IMG/VR virus record: IMGVR_UViG_3300005831_000057
Reading direction: 5' to 3' (one strand)
Source of the DNA: a virus
Lineage: Duplodnaviria; Heunggongvirae; Uroviricota; Caudoviricetes
DNA length: 49,348 nt
Part shown: positions 40,501 through 48,545 of the stretch, piece by piece
How the letters are laid out: each line of letters begins with the position of its first letter
Numbering within the stretch: the first letter of the stretch is position 1
Translations under genes and position numbers: made by a program
Notes under the pieces: model-generated
What the model was told of the DNA's origin: nothing
Seen by the model: the letters and a program-made list of their open reading frames with translations, nothing else
Databases searched by the model: none

Positions 40501-40599
40501 GATGCTAGACAAAGAAAATTATATGATGCAATAATAGGACATTTCAAAGATATACCTCACGAATCGATAGATACAATAATAGAAAAAGCATTTATGTAG
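37504..40599 (+). CDS. Collagen-repeat fibre protein with C-terminal GH5 glycoside hydrolase
   Basis: HIKY...YSAYEW virion-anchor-type motif; Gly-X-Y run; GH5 motifs GIN, FNCMR, NMH, INEP (acid/base), HIY and IGEFG (nucleophile). Confidence 0.85.
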   Translation: MASDNIARGLAIKGLLDAKSYVDEKIELVAQGAFVHIKYASSEPTQDSDISDTPNSWMGIASTSNPTAPTSYSAYEWNLIRGNGVSSIDLINTQGLVKTYRISYDDGLYEDFNVTDGAQGIQGIQGLKGDKGDTGATGLTGAQGIQGLQGIQGLKGDKGDTGSAGAQGAQGIQGVKGDTGATGAAGATGAQGIQGIKGDTGSQGVQGIQGLQGIQGEKGDTGSQGIQGLQGEQGIQGEKGDTGILTTSKDFEYTDDNLTLADRDKLQNKLNDYNFKSMYTQWNVAYSYDVLQVKVNENYTTLTSSATTNKQAWKGVNIANGHTYFCLLNCRVNDSGAGTFKVKLNLQASPYTEYAYEYIAISESFANYGFTYTNETGTDNYCQFSLQDASTHALDVDLAYAVILDITGTDLINMSRTDVINSYINNIDVFKDNYIYFDIKKKLEYLYDAPYTEEWNRMNTSRYTKNFLRTQGTRIVDAYGTEYFIKGINVGNDCTNVNSIAGSDLIVSTDGYPEDHDEDSYRELAELGFNCMRFQFAYTFFEGANNRVIDPTYQGLPSQYQDGVWEWLDREIAMARKYNIKLLFNMHVYCGQGGWEIATNEIWTTLSSRQRLINMWKAIARRYANEDVVLGYGLINEPVITFQTDNATTIGVYQTLVNDLCTEIRKVDTNHILVVENALRASNGTTALNSNNNFVEVLNNGVTDTNYLYEAHIYQNMAITHEMSASKHPSINYPNEFAVFNYGGTYDWIANNSVYVSIPVGTADQTAWTDYITPIVTPNALTKLIYPWIRVRDANGGEILQMCDYKINVYDSSDNFIESIFVDDGQHGAIFSGGGLGTMTNPQLPSAIGTGYMQLVANALSGYATTVSMSSVPVSTRYRIPTGLKYSISAKYRVSNIASSGVAFRFYIGCDEINSACCADTEERFKYNIALYKASADAKNVPIHIGEFGVNYLSFLTYERGGELWVRDALKVLRDNLISYSYFSYCGATFSLYPNIKRFDARQRKLYDAIIGHFKDIPHESIDTIIEKAFM
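37852..38232 (+). repeat. Collagen-like Gly-X-Y repeat
   Basis: [19 protein letters not shown]... repeats. Confidence 0.9.
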
Positions 40600-40614
40600 A
40601 AAGGAGGAAGCAAA

Positions 40615-41487
40615 ATGAATAAAATGGATGAAATAATTGCAAGAATAGTTACTAAGTTGAAGGCGTTTAATGACGCTACGTCTCATTCGGTTCAAACAAG
40701 ACCGACATATCTATCAAACACGGCAGATGCGGTAATTAGTGGATATAAGACTTTGTCAAAATCTAACGATTCTTCGCTTACTACAATTACAACTACTGTA
40801 AAGCAAACGGATGGAGAAAAACTTTTATATGCGTTTTTAATGCCATCAAACATGGGAGTGACTACTATAGATGCTGGCACTTGGACTTTCGATTTGTGTT
40901 GTGGTATTAGTTCTAATATGGCTACAACAAAATACAGATATGTAGTATTTAGACGTGATACTGGCGGAACTGAAACTACACTTTTTAGTGTATATTCAAA
41001 TCCTATATCAAATGTTACTGCAAATGGATTAAGAATGTTAAAAACAAGAAGTACGCAACCTCCTTTTACAGTGACTGCTACAGATAGGATTGGAGTAAAA
41101 GTTTATGTTTTAACAAACAGCCAATCAACATTAACATTGTCTGTCGGAGTCGGAGGAACTGCCACTACTAGTTATATAAGCACGACTTTACCATTGGATA
41201 TAGTTGATGTCGTAGATTGGGGCACAACATATACTGCCACGATAGCTCCTAATAAGTTTAATAAATGGGGAACATTGACCAGTGCGAATACATTAGCTAT
41301 AACTTTAGGCGTAGAGAATAGTGCTGTGATGAACAACTTTGTATTCGAGTTTAAGACTGGTGCAAGTGTACCGACGTTTAGTCCTATTAGTGGTGTTACT
41401 TGGTCTGGTTCTAATCCTACTTTAGCTATAAACAAAACGTACCATTTCTCGATAGTTAACGGAATTGGGGTGTGGTGTTATGCTTAA
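40615..41487 (+). CDS. Short fibre protein, paralog of the C-terminal part of 33782-36748
   Basis: One copy of the beta domain (GVTTIDAGTW...DRIG) plus a closely similar tip domain. Confidence 0.8.
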   Translation: MNKMDEIIARIVTKLKAFNDATSHSVQTRPTYLSNTADAVISGYKTLSKSNDSSLTTITTTVKQTDGEKLLYAFLMPSNMGVTTIDAGTWTFDLCCGISSNMATTKYRYVVFRRDTGGTETTLFSVYSNPISNVTANGLRMLKTRSTQPPFTVTATDRIGVKVYVLTNSQSTLTLSVGVGGTATTSYISTTLPLDIVDVVDWGTTYTATIAPNKFNKWGTLTSANTLAITLGVENSAVMNNFVFEFKTGASVPTFSPISGVTWSGSNPTLAINKTYHFSIVNGIGVWCYA

Positions 41488-42193
41488 TGCTTTTAGAAGA
41501 AGCTTAATGTCTAAACCAAAATATGATACCACTTACGATGTACTATTTACTAACTTAAATGGTTCAAATGCGTCTACTGTATTCGTTGACGAAACTGGAA
41601 AAACTATTACAAGAGGTGGAGAAGCTTTTCTCGATAAGGATATATATAAATATGGTGGAGCGTCTTTGAAATTAAACGGATCTACCGATTATATATCTCT
41701 AGCTGATACAGACGACTTCAACTTTGGTAATGGGGATTTTACTATCGAATATTGGGTGTATTTTAACGTATTTCATGCAACTAACGCTAACGGAATGATA
41801 TCTCAAAGAACTACAAGTGGTACTAATGTGGCTTTTTATAACTACATAGCACAAGCAGACAAGAAGATGTATTTCTACTACTCTGTCACTGGTACAGCTA
41901 CAATAGGCGGAGCATTTAATACTGTATTTCAAACTGGTCAATGGTATCACGTTGCTATAGTTAGAAATGGAACTGAAATTGCTATGTATTTAGACGGAGT
42001 TAAAGAATCTAACACAATAAATGTATCGACCGATACTTTTTTTGATAGTACAACAACAATGACTATAGGTTGTATGAAAACCGCTGCTAGTACATATTCT
42101 CATTATACTAATGGATATTTTGATCAGATAAGGATAAGCAAAGGAATAGCAAGGTATACGAGTAATTTTACACCAACAGAAATAACGTATTAG
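41480..42193 (+). CDS. LamG/concanavalin-A-like lectin domain protein (copy 2)
   Basis: Closely similar to copy 1 (KYGGASLKLNG.TDYI, WYHVAIVRN, RISKGIARY); same ATG/TAA overlap. Confidence 0.85.
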   Translation: MLNAFRRSLMSKPKYDTTYDVLFTNLNGSNASTVFVDETGKTITRGGEAFLDKDIYKYGGASLKLNGSTDYISLADTDDFNFGNGDFTIEYWVYFNVFHATNANGMISQRTTSGTNVAFYNYIAQADKKMYFYYSVTGTATIGGAFNTVFQTGQWYHVAIVRNGTEIAMYLDGVKESNTINVSTDTFFDSTTTMTIGCMKTAASTYSHYTNGYFDQIRISKGIARYTSNFTPTEITY

Positions 42194-42230
42194 AAATATC
42201 CCTAGTGGTAGAAATATTGCTAGGGAATTT
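42190..42230 (+). terminator. Possible terminator hairpin before the second GH5 gene
   Basis: CCCTAGT...GCTAGGG followed by AATTTT. Confidence 0.4.
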
Positions 42231-42252
42231 TACTATATAGAAAGGAGAAAAT

Positions 42253-43797
42253 ATGTTACCTACAACTTATACATCTGCATCTAACTTAGTTAGTAACATA
42301 AAAGTTGGATGGAATTTAGGAAATACTTTCGAAAGCGGAAGTACTACAGTTCCTTATGAAGTAGATATATACAAAAAATCATCATATAAAACTTGGTTAT
42401 ATTTAGTAGATAGTTATAGTGGGTTTCAAATAATAGGAAGTTCTTCTCAGTCAGTATCATCTGCTGGATTGGCGAATATTTCAACTACAATAACATCGAT
42501 AGACGTAAATGAAAGAACGAGAACTCCATTAAGGTTTAGTATAAGACTTGCAAATTACGCAATCGGTAGCTGTGGAACTAATGAAATAAAGTTTACAATT
42601 TCTAACTTTGTTATAACCAGAGCTGATTCGGTGGTTATTCCAATAAATGAAATGAACGCTAGTTTTACTGGCACAATTTCAACTGGAGGAGTAGTTTCCG
42701 TAGAAGTTCCAGTGTTGAATTTTAGTGCTTATGGACTTGGAACTTTGGCTAATTTTGTTAACGCTACAGTTACATATACATTGCAAATCACGCAATGGTT
42801 AGTGCCTACAAACCCGATAAGTAAAGAAGATTGGACTGAAAGATATTATGGAAATCCAGTAACTACAAAAGCTATGCTACAAAAAGTAAAAGATAAAGGT
42901 TTTAATGCAATCAGAGTTCCTATAACATGGATATCACATTGGAATAATGCCAATAATACATTCGATACAGAATGGCTAAGAAGAATTAAACAAATTGTTG
43001 ATTGGGCGTTTGAAATAGATCTGATAGTTCTTATAAATATTCATCATGATGGTCAGTCTTCTTGGTGGATTAAAGCTTATTTAGACACATACAATAAAGA
43101 TATAGTAAAGGCTAGATTATCAATGTATTGGAATAGAATAGCTTATATGTTTAAGGATTATGATCACAGACTTGTGTTTGAGGGAATGAATGAAATTTTA
43201 GATAGTAGTGGATCTTGGTCTGCGCCTACGCTTGATGAACAAACGTCTTTAAATGAGTTATATCAAGTATTCTTAAACTCGGTGAGAGCAACTGGTTATA
43301 AAAATGCAGATAGAATATTATCTATAAATACATATGGAGCTGCTACGAACTATAATTATATACAAATGCCTACTGATTCGGTTGCTAATAGACTTCTGGT
43401 TCAAGTTCATTATTACAGTCCACAAGATTTTTGTTGGTATACTGGAAGTGGTAGTGGAAATACTGCTATGGTTAATTATGACGCAGTTACGCATGGAGCT
43501 TTATTAGACGGCTTATTTAATGACTTAAAAGTTAAATTTATAGATAATGGAATCCCAGTAATAATCGGAGAGTTTGCTTCGTATTCTAAAAATAACACAG
43601 CAGAACGAGTTGAACATGCTACTGCATATATATCAAAGACTAAAGCTATTGGAATTAAATGTTTTTGGTGGGATGTTGGTGGCGATGGAACTAGAACTGA
43701 ATCTCAAATAACAAGTGGAGCTTTGCTTAACAGACACAATCTTACTTGGTGGTTCGAGTCTATTCCTAATGCTTTGGTCGCTGCTGCGAATAGTTAA
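42253..43797 (+). CDS. GH5 glycoside hydrolase (endoglucanase-like, resembling subfamily 4) with an inserted domain
   Basis: GWNLGNT, GFNAIRVP.TW, IN.HH, FEGMNE (acid/base), HYY and PVIIGEF (nucleophile). Confidence 0.9.
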   Translation: MLPTTYTSASNLVSNIKVGWNLGNTFESGSTTVPYEVDIYKKSSYKTWLYLVDSYSGFQIIGSSSQSVSSAGLANISTTITSIDVNERTRTPLRFSIRLANYAIGSCGTNEIKFTISNFVITRADSVVIPINEMNASFTGTISTGGVVSVEVPVLNFSAYGLGTLANFVNATVTYTLQITQWLVPTNPISKEDWTERYYGNPVTTKAMLQKVKDKGFNAIRVPITWISHWNNANNTFDTEWLRRIKQIVDWAFEIDLIVLINIHHDGQSSWWIKAYLDTYNKDIVKARLSMYWNRIAYMFKDYDHRLVFEGMNEILDSSGSWSAPTLDEQTSLNELYQVFLNSVRATGYKNADRILSINTYGAATNYNYIQMPTDSVANRLLVQVHYYSPQDFCWYTGSGSGNTAMVNYDAVTHGALLDGLFNDLKVKFIDNGIPVIIGEFASYSKNNTAERVEHATAYISKTKAIGIKCFWWDVGGDGTRTESQITSGALLNRHNLTWWFESIPNALVAAANS

Positions 43798-43806
43798 AGG
43801 AGTTTT

Positions 43807-44262
43807 ATGCCTAAAAGAGAAAGTAAATTTAATATAAGTAAAGACAAATCTAAAAGAACATACAATGGAATAGTTTTTGATAGTGTAATAGAAATGCTAT
43901 TTTATATAGACTACATAGTTCCAAGATTAGAAAGTGGAGAAATTTTAAGTGTGAATAGGCAAGCAGAGTATGAGTTGCAACCTAGGTTTGTGCATAACAA
44001 TAAAAATTGTAGCGCCATAAAATACATCTCGGATTTCGATGTAACATATAGCGACGGAAAGATTGTAGTTATTGATATAAAAGGTATGGTTAAGCCTATG
44101 GATTCTATAAAAAGAAAGATGTTTAATTACAGATATCCAGATATAGATTTAAGATGGATTAATTTTTCTAAACTAGATGGAGGATGGGTTAGTCTTGACG
44201 TTATAAAAGAAGGAAGAAGTAAGCGCAAGAAAATAAGAGAAGATAAAATAGCTAAAAAGTAG
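43807..44262 (+). CDS. DUF1064-like PD-(D/E)xK endonuclease
   Basis: FDS..E...Y...YELQP...YISDF...IDIKG. Confidence 0.75.
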   Translation: MPKRESKFNISKDKSKRTYNGIVFDSVIEMLFYIDYIVPRLESGEILSVNRQAEYELQPRFVHNNKNCSAIKYISDFDVTYSDGKIVVIDIKGMVKPMDSIKRKMFNYRYPDIDLRWINFSKLDGGWVSLDVIKEGRSKRKKIREDKIAKK

Positions 44263-44353
44263 ATTAACTACCGTTGAGGCTAGCAACGTAAAAACTTAAA
44301 ATATAGACTGTGATTAAGCACATAAACTAGCCAATTTATAAGGAGTTGATTAT

Positions 44354-44539
44354 ATGGTATATAGATTTAATTGTGAAAAATGCAATGATAAGAAATTATT
44401 AAAAATTCCAATGAGTGAATATGATGGAAGTAAAGAATATTTATGCGAAGATTGTGGAGAAGTTATTAAAAGAGACATTAATGATTTTTGCAGCAATAAT
44501 ACATGGAAGTGTGATGGTGCTTATGGAAAATCTAGTTAA
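44354..44539 (+). CDS. FmdB-like zinc-ribbon protein
   Basis: Y.F.C.KC...CEDCG. Confidence 0.75.
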   Translation: MVYRFNCEKCNDKKLLKIPMSEYDGSKEYLCEDCGEVIKRDINDFCSNNTWKCDGAYGKSS

Positions 44540-44556
44540 TAGTTAAGGAGGTTTAT

Positions 44557-44748
44557 ATGTATTCGTATGAAATCAAGCAGTTGTTAGATTGTAAAAATAA
44601 TGAAATAAGCGTGAGTGAGTATATTAATATTCTAGGAAACTCGCCACAGATAAATTTTATAAAATTTGATCCATATAGCAATACGTTTAAAATTACAACG
44701 AGCGATAATTATAATTTTGAGTTAAGAGTGATACTAGATGCAAAATAA
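44557..44748 (+). CDS. Hypothetical protein
   Basis: AAGGAGG RBS. Confidence 0.7.
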   Translation: MYSYEIKQLLDCKNNEISVSEYINILGNSPQINFIKFDPYSNTFKITTSDNYNFELRVILDAK

Positions 44749-44767
44749 AATAAGTGGAGGGTTTAAA

Positions 44768-45388
44768 ATGAAAATTACATTTAATGAGAAAGAGATTAAT
44801 GTTAAAGATAGACTTACATTTACCGAGTCAGTAGAATTTGTAAGTAGAGTGGCTAATAATGTTTCAAGTATAGAAGATATGTCATATATCCCAACAGTAA
44901 AAGATTTGTATATTGTTTTTGGATTTTACAATATGTATGTCGAAGGTGGTGATATTTCTGAAGAGTTGGACATAGAGAAATTATATCATGATCTTGATTT
45001 ACATTTGGAAAATATTGACAAGTTTAAACTAGAAAATTTACAATTCAGAAGATTGCTTAACGACATAGATTTATTAATTGAACATAATAATAATGTAATA
45101 GTTAGTAATAGCAAAAAAGATTCATTGTCTGAATTTATTGATAATGCAAGCGAACTGCTAGACATGGCTAAAGATAAACTCGATGGTATTGACAAGAATT
45201 CTATAGAGACTTTATGTGGAGTTATGGGAAAATTGAATCTAATGGATGAAAAAGAGATACTTAATACTATAGTAGAAACTTTTAGAAAAGATGACAAAGA
45301 AAAAGAATCTAAACCTCAAAACTTTGTGTCAAAAGAAGATGAGCCAAAAATAGAAGATATATTACAAGATATGTTTAAGGAAGTGTAA
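44768..45388 (+). CDS. Hypothetical protein (tail assembly chaperone candidate)
   Basis: GGAGG RBS before ATG 44768; lies upstream of tape measure. Confidence 0.55.
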   Translation: MKITFNEKEINVKDRLTFTESVEFVSRVANNVSSIEDMSYIPTVKDLYIVFGFYNMYVEGGDISEELDIEKLYHDLDLHLENIDKFKLENLQFRRLLNDIDLLIEHNNNVIVSNSKKDSLSEFIDNASELLDMAKDKLDGIDKNSIETLCGVMGKLNLMDEKEILNTIVETFRKDDKEKESKPQNFVSKEDEPKIEDILQDMFKEV

Positions 45389-45389
45389 T

Positions 45390-45806
45390 ATGAAAACTTT
45401 CGCCACTACATTTGAACTAGAAAGATATATAAGACCAAGAGTAAGAATAGCATTGGAAAAAGCTTCGATAGAGATAACGCTTAAACTTAGGGATTTTATA
45501 CAGTCAGAGTTTTATGACAAATATGAGCCAGAAGTATATGATAGAACTTATAAGTTTTTAGATTCTGCGTTATATAATATGATATCTTATAATAAGTCTG
45601 AGGTCTTTATAAATAAAGATTATGACAATGATTACAAAACGATAGACAGTTCACAGCAGGCAGGATATGCATACAAAGGGCTTCATGGTGGATTTATATT
45701 TAGAGAAGGATATTTTTGGGAATCATTTATGGAGTGGGTTGATATTAATTGGAAGACCATAATTAAATTAAAACTAGTAGAACAAGGTCTGAAAATAGTT
45801 AAATAA
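45390..45806 (+). CDS. Conserved virion morphogenesis protein
   Basis: FY..YEP.VYDRTY.FL motif; directly before tape measure. Confidence 0.55.
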   Translation: MKTFATTFELERYIRPRVRIALEKASIEITLKLRDFIQSEFYDKYEPEVYDRTYKFLDSALYNMISYNKSEVFINKDYDNDYKTIDSSQQAGYAYKGLHGGFIFREGYFWESFMEWVDINWKTIIKLKLVEQGLKIVK

Positions 45807-45836
45807 AGTTTTGCTATGAAAAGAGGTGATATTTAT

Positions 45837-46870
45837 ATGGATGAACAATTAAAGATTTTGCTTGGGGTTGCTTTTGATACTGCTCAAGCTAAAATACAAG
45901 TAAATGCTTTGACTGAAAGATTAAAAAAAGATGCAAAACTAAAGCTTGGAATAGATTTATCAGATAAAGATGCTAATAAAATTGTAGATAAATATCTTAA
46001 AGATACGCAACGTAAGCAAGAGTCTATGATTAGTTATGTTACCAACAAAAAATTGTCAGACATTAGAAAAGTGGAACAAGCAGAAAAACAATCTATAGAG
46101 AGTAGAAAAAGAAGTAATATATCTGCTATAGATTTGGAAATAAAAAAGCGTGAAGAAGCAAGTAAAAGATTTTCGTCTCAATTAAAAGAGCAAATAGTTC
46201 AGTCTCAAAAGGATTCGGAATCCGCTCTTAGTATGACTAGCAAAAAGGATAAAGCCTTTTCTTCTATAGATTCGTATATGAATAGCAACACTAAACTTAC
46301 AAGAGCGTCGAGGAATGAGTTTGAAGGGTTGAGAAGGCAAATTGCTTTAACTGGAGACGGTAAAGAATTGTCTAGGCTTACAAGCAAGATATCAATACTG
46401 AAAGATAAGACTAAGTCACTCGGTCAAGTTGGTAAGAGTTCTTTTGACGAAATGAAGAATAATCTTGGGAAAATGGCAACATGGTTAGTAGCTGGAACTG
46501 TTATATTCGGAAGTCAGCAAGCGATACAAAGTATGGTTGATAATGTATTCGAACTTGACAAAGCTATGATTGAGCTTAAGAAGGTAACAGATGAAACAAG
46601 CAAAAGCTATAATAGTTTTACAGATAATGCATTTGATACCGCAAAGAGACTTGGAACTGGAGTTGCTACATTTGTAAATCAAACTGCTGAATGGGCAAAA
46701 GCTGGATATAACCTCAAAGAAGCTGCTAAGTTGGCTGAATCAAGTACTGTATTCCAAAACGTAGCAAATATAGACAGCTCTGAATCTGTAGGAGTTATGA
46801 TTTCAGCTATGAAGGCTTTTAATATAGAGTCTGAAAAATCTATAGATATTGTGGACAAATTAAATGAGGT
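45837..46870 (+). CDS. Tail tape measure protein, exon 1
   Basis: ELDKAMIELKKVTD...WAKAGY...IVDKLNEV pattern of the tape-measure minor tail domain. Confidence 0.9.
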
Positions 46871-48358
46871 AAACGCAAACTGCCTCCTCGTATAGTAATA
46901 TATGTAGAAAAAGCTAGCTCAAATAAGGGGAACTCCAGAGATGGACAATCCTTAGGGTAAGAACTGTAATGATAATGTCGATGTACTTTGGGGGTACAAA
47001 AAATAAAAATGGAGATATGTAATATTGAATGATAATTTAGATATAAAATATTCATACTGTATTAAGTGTGATAAGACAATGGATATAAATGTGTTTTATA
47101 CTAACAAACAAAATATAAAAAACAGTTATACTAAATGTAGAATATGTACTTGGAAAAATAATAATAAGGGATATAACATAAAAGGGTGGAATAGTGTAGA
47201 TATAGATGATTTTATATATTTTATATTTAAAAATGATATGTGCATTTTAAATAACTTTATAAAAACGCATACCCATATATCTCTTCGTGACGCAGTAAAT
47301 GGGTTCTCTGAATTAGCCATTGGTAACAGAAAGACAAGAGTATTTTGTAAATGCGATAGTTGCGGGTGTAATATATTAAAAAAGCCATATTTATATAATG
47401 ACTTATTTAATTATTGTTCTAATAAATGCTATCATGACAATAAAATAAAAACGTCCAAAAGAGGCTCTGAGTGTTATAATTATAATAGTATTAATTCTAA
47501 GTGTTGCAATTGTAATAAAGATATAGTAGTTAAAAAATATAATTATGACAAACTTAATTCTTTTGGAGATAGAAATAATTTCTGTTCACACAAGTGTTAT
47601 TATAAATATAGGTCTAAATATTATATAGGTATTAAAAACCATAATTATGGACGAAAACTAAGCGAAGAAGCTAAAAACAAACTTAGAATCAACATGATCA
47701 ATGGCGGAAGACTTGCAAGTAGACTTAATAGTAAAATACAATTAAAAGTAAACAGTATACTTGATGATAATAACATAAGATATATAAGAGAGTATGTTAT
47801 TAAGTATTATGCAGTAGATAATTACTTAGTAGATAGTAGACTTATAATAGAGGTTATGGGAGATTATTGGCACTCAAATATTAATATTTACAATAACGAT
47901 GGATATAATATAAATAAAATGCAACAAAAGGGTATCATAAAAGATAAGGCTAAAAATACTTATATAAATAATTATATAGGGACAAATATACTTTATCTAT
48001 GGGAACGAGATGTAAATAAAAATATAGAGTTATGTAAACTTTTAATACTTGAGTATATAAAAAATAATGGAGTATTAGATGATTACAACTCATTTAATTA
48101 TAGTATATACAACAAAGAATTATGTATAAATAAAAACATAATAAAACCATATCATGAATATCGACAAAACGAACAAACCCAAATGTTCGAATCATTACTA
48201 AATCCCTCAACGACCACAGCTATATAGGCGACTATGTAGCGTATGCTAGCCTCATAATAATGATGAAGGTATGGTCTGGACTGCAAATATAATCTAAAAA
48301 TAAAATTGCAGAGATAAGCAGAAATGACTTATCCCCTTGAAAAAGGAGTAACAAAACG
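46871..48358 (+). mobile_element. Group I intron 1 in the tape measure gene
   Basis: P1 GAGGU/GCCUC; P3 GCUAGC; P4/P5 AAAUAAGGGGAA...GACAAUCCUUAG; P7 GACCA/UGGUC; P9 hairpins; terminal G. Splicing gives ...KLNEV-DNLFSV... Confidence 0.9.
47025..48227 (+). CDS. Intron-encoded homing endonuclease (Zn-binding repeats, NUMOD3, Vsr/DUF559-like EDxHD nuclease domain)
   Basis: CS.KCY repeats, NYGRKLSEEAK.KLR, IEVMGDYWH...KDKAK...LYLWE. Confidence 0.8.
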   Translation: MNDNLDIKYSYCIKCDKTMDINVFYTNKQNIKNSYTKCRICTWKNNNKGYNIKGWNSVDIDDFIYFIFKNDMCILNNFIKTHTHISLRDAVNGFSELAIGNRKTRVFCKCDSCGCNILKKPYLYNDLFNYCSNKCYHDNKIKTSKRGSECYNYNSINSKCCNCNKDIVVKKYNYDKLNSFGDRNNFCSHKCYYKYRSKYYIGIKNHNYGRKLSEEAKNKLRINMINGGRLASRLNSKIQLKVNSILDDNNIRYIREYVIKYYAVDNYLVDSRLIIEVMGDYWHSNINIYNNDGYNINKMQQKGIIKDKAKNTYINNYIGTNILYLWERDVNKNIELCKLLILEYIKNNGVLDDYNSFNYSIYNKELCINKNIIKPYHEYRQNEQTQMFESLLNPSTTTAI

Positions 48359-48545
48359 TGATAATTTGTTCTCGGTAAATGCATCTGGAATTGGACAAGG
48401 TTTACAAGTATCGGCTTCTGCTATGGCTATGGCTGGAAACGATATAAATAAAACGATAGCGCTCTTAACTGGTGGTTCTGAACTAACTCAAGCGCCAGTG
48501 GAAATGGGCAACGCAATAAAAATTTTATCTTTAAGGCTTCGAGGT
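48359..48545 (+). CDS. Tail tape measure protein, exon 2 (187 nt)
   Basis: DNLFSV...SASAM..AGN...TIALLT...MGNAIK.LSLRLRG continues the tape-measure motif in frame. Confidence 0.88.

Noticed and set aside
36466-41487. Diversity-generating retroelement template/variable repeat pair in the two fibre tips
   Set aside because: Differences include many C/T synonymous changes rather than adenine-specific ones, both copies are in coding genes, and there is no reverse transcriptase in the window.
5753-45806. Stop-codon reassignment
   Set aside because: Genes are full length and tightly packed under the standard code, with TAA, TAG and TGA all used as stops.
46871-46895. Tape measure truncated at 359 aa
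   Set aside because: The stop codon lies inside intron 1; the tape-measure motif resumes in frame at 48359.
48169-48188. LexA-like GAAC...GTTC in the endonuclease gene
   Set aside because: Half-site spacing is wrong (not N4) and the site is in coding sequence.
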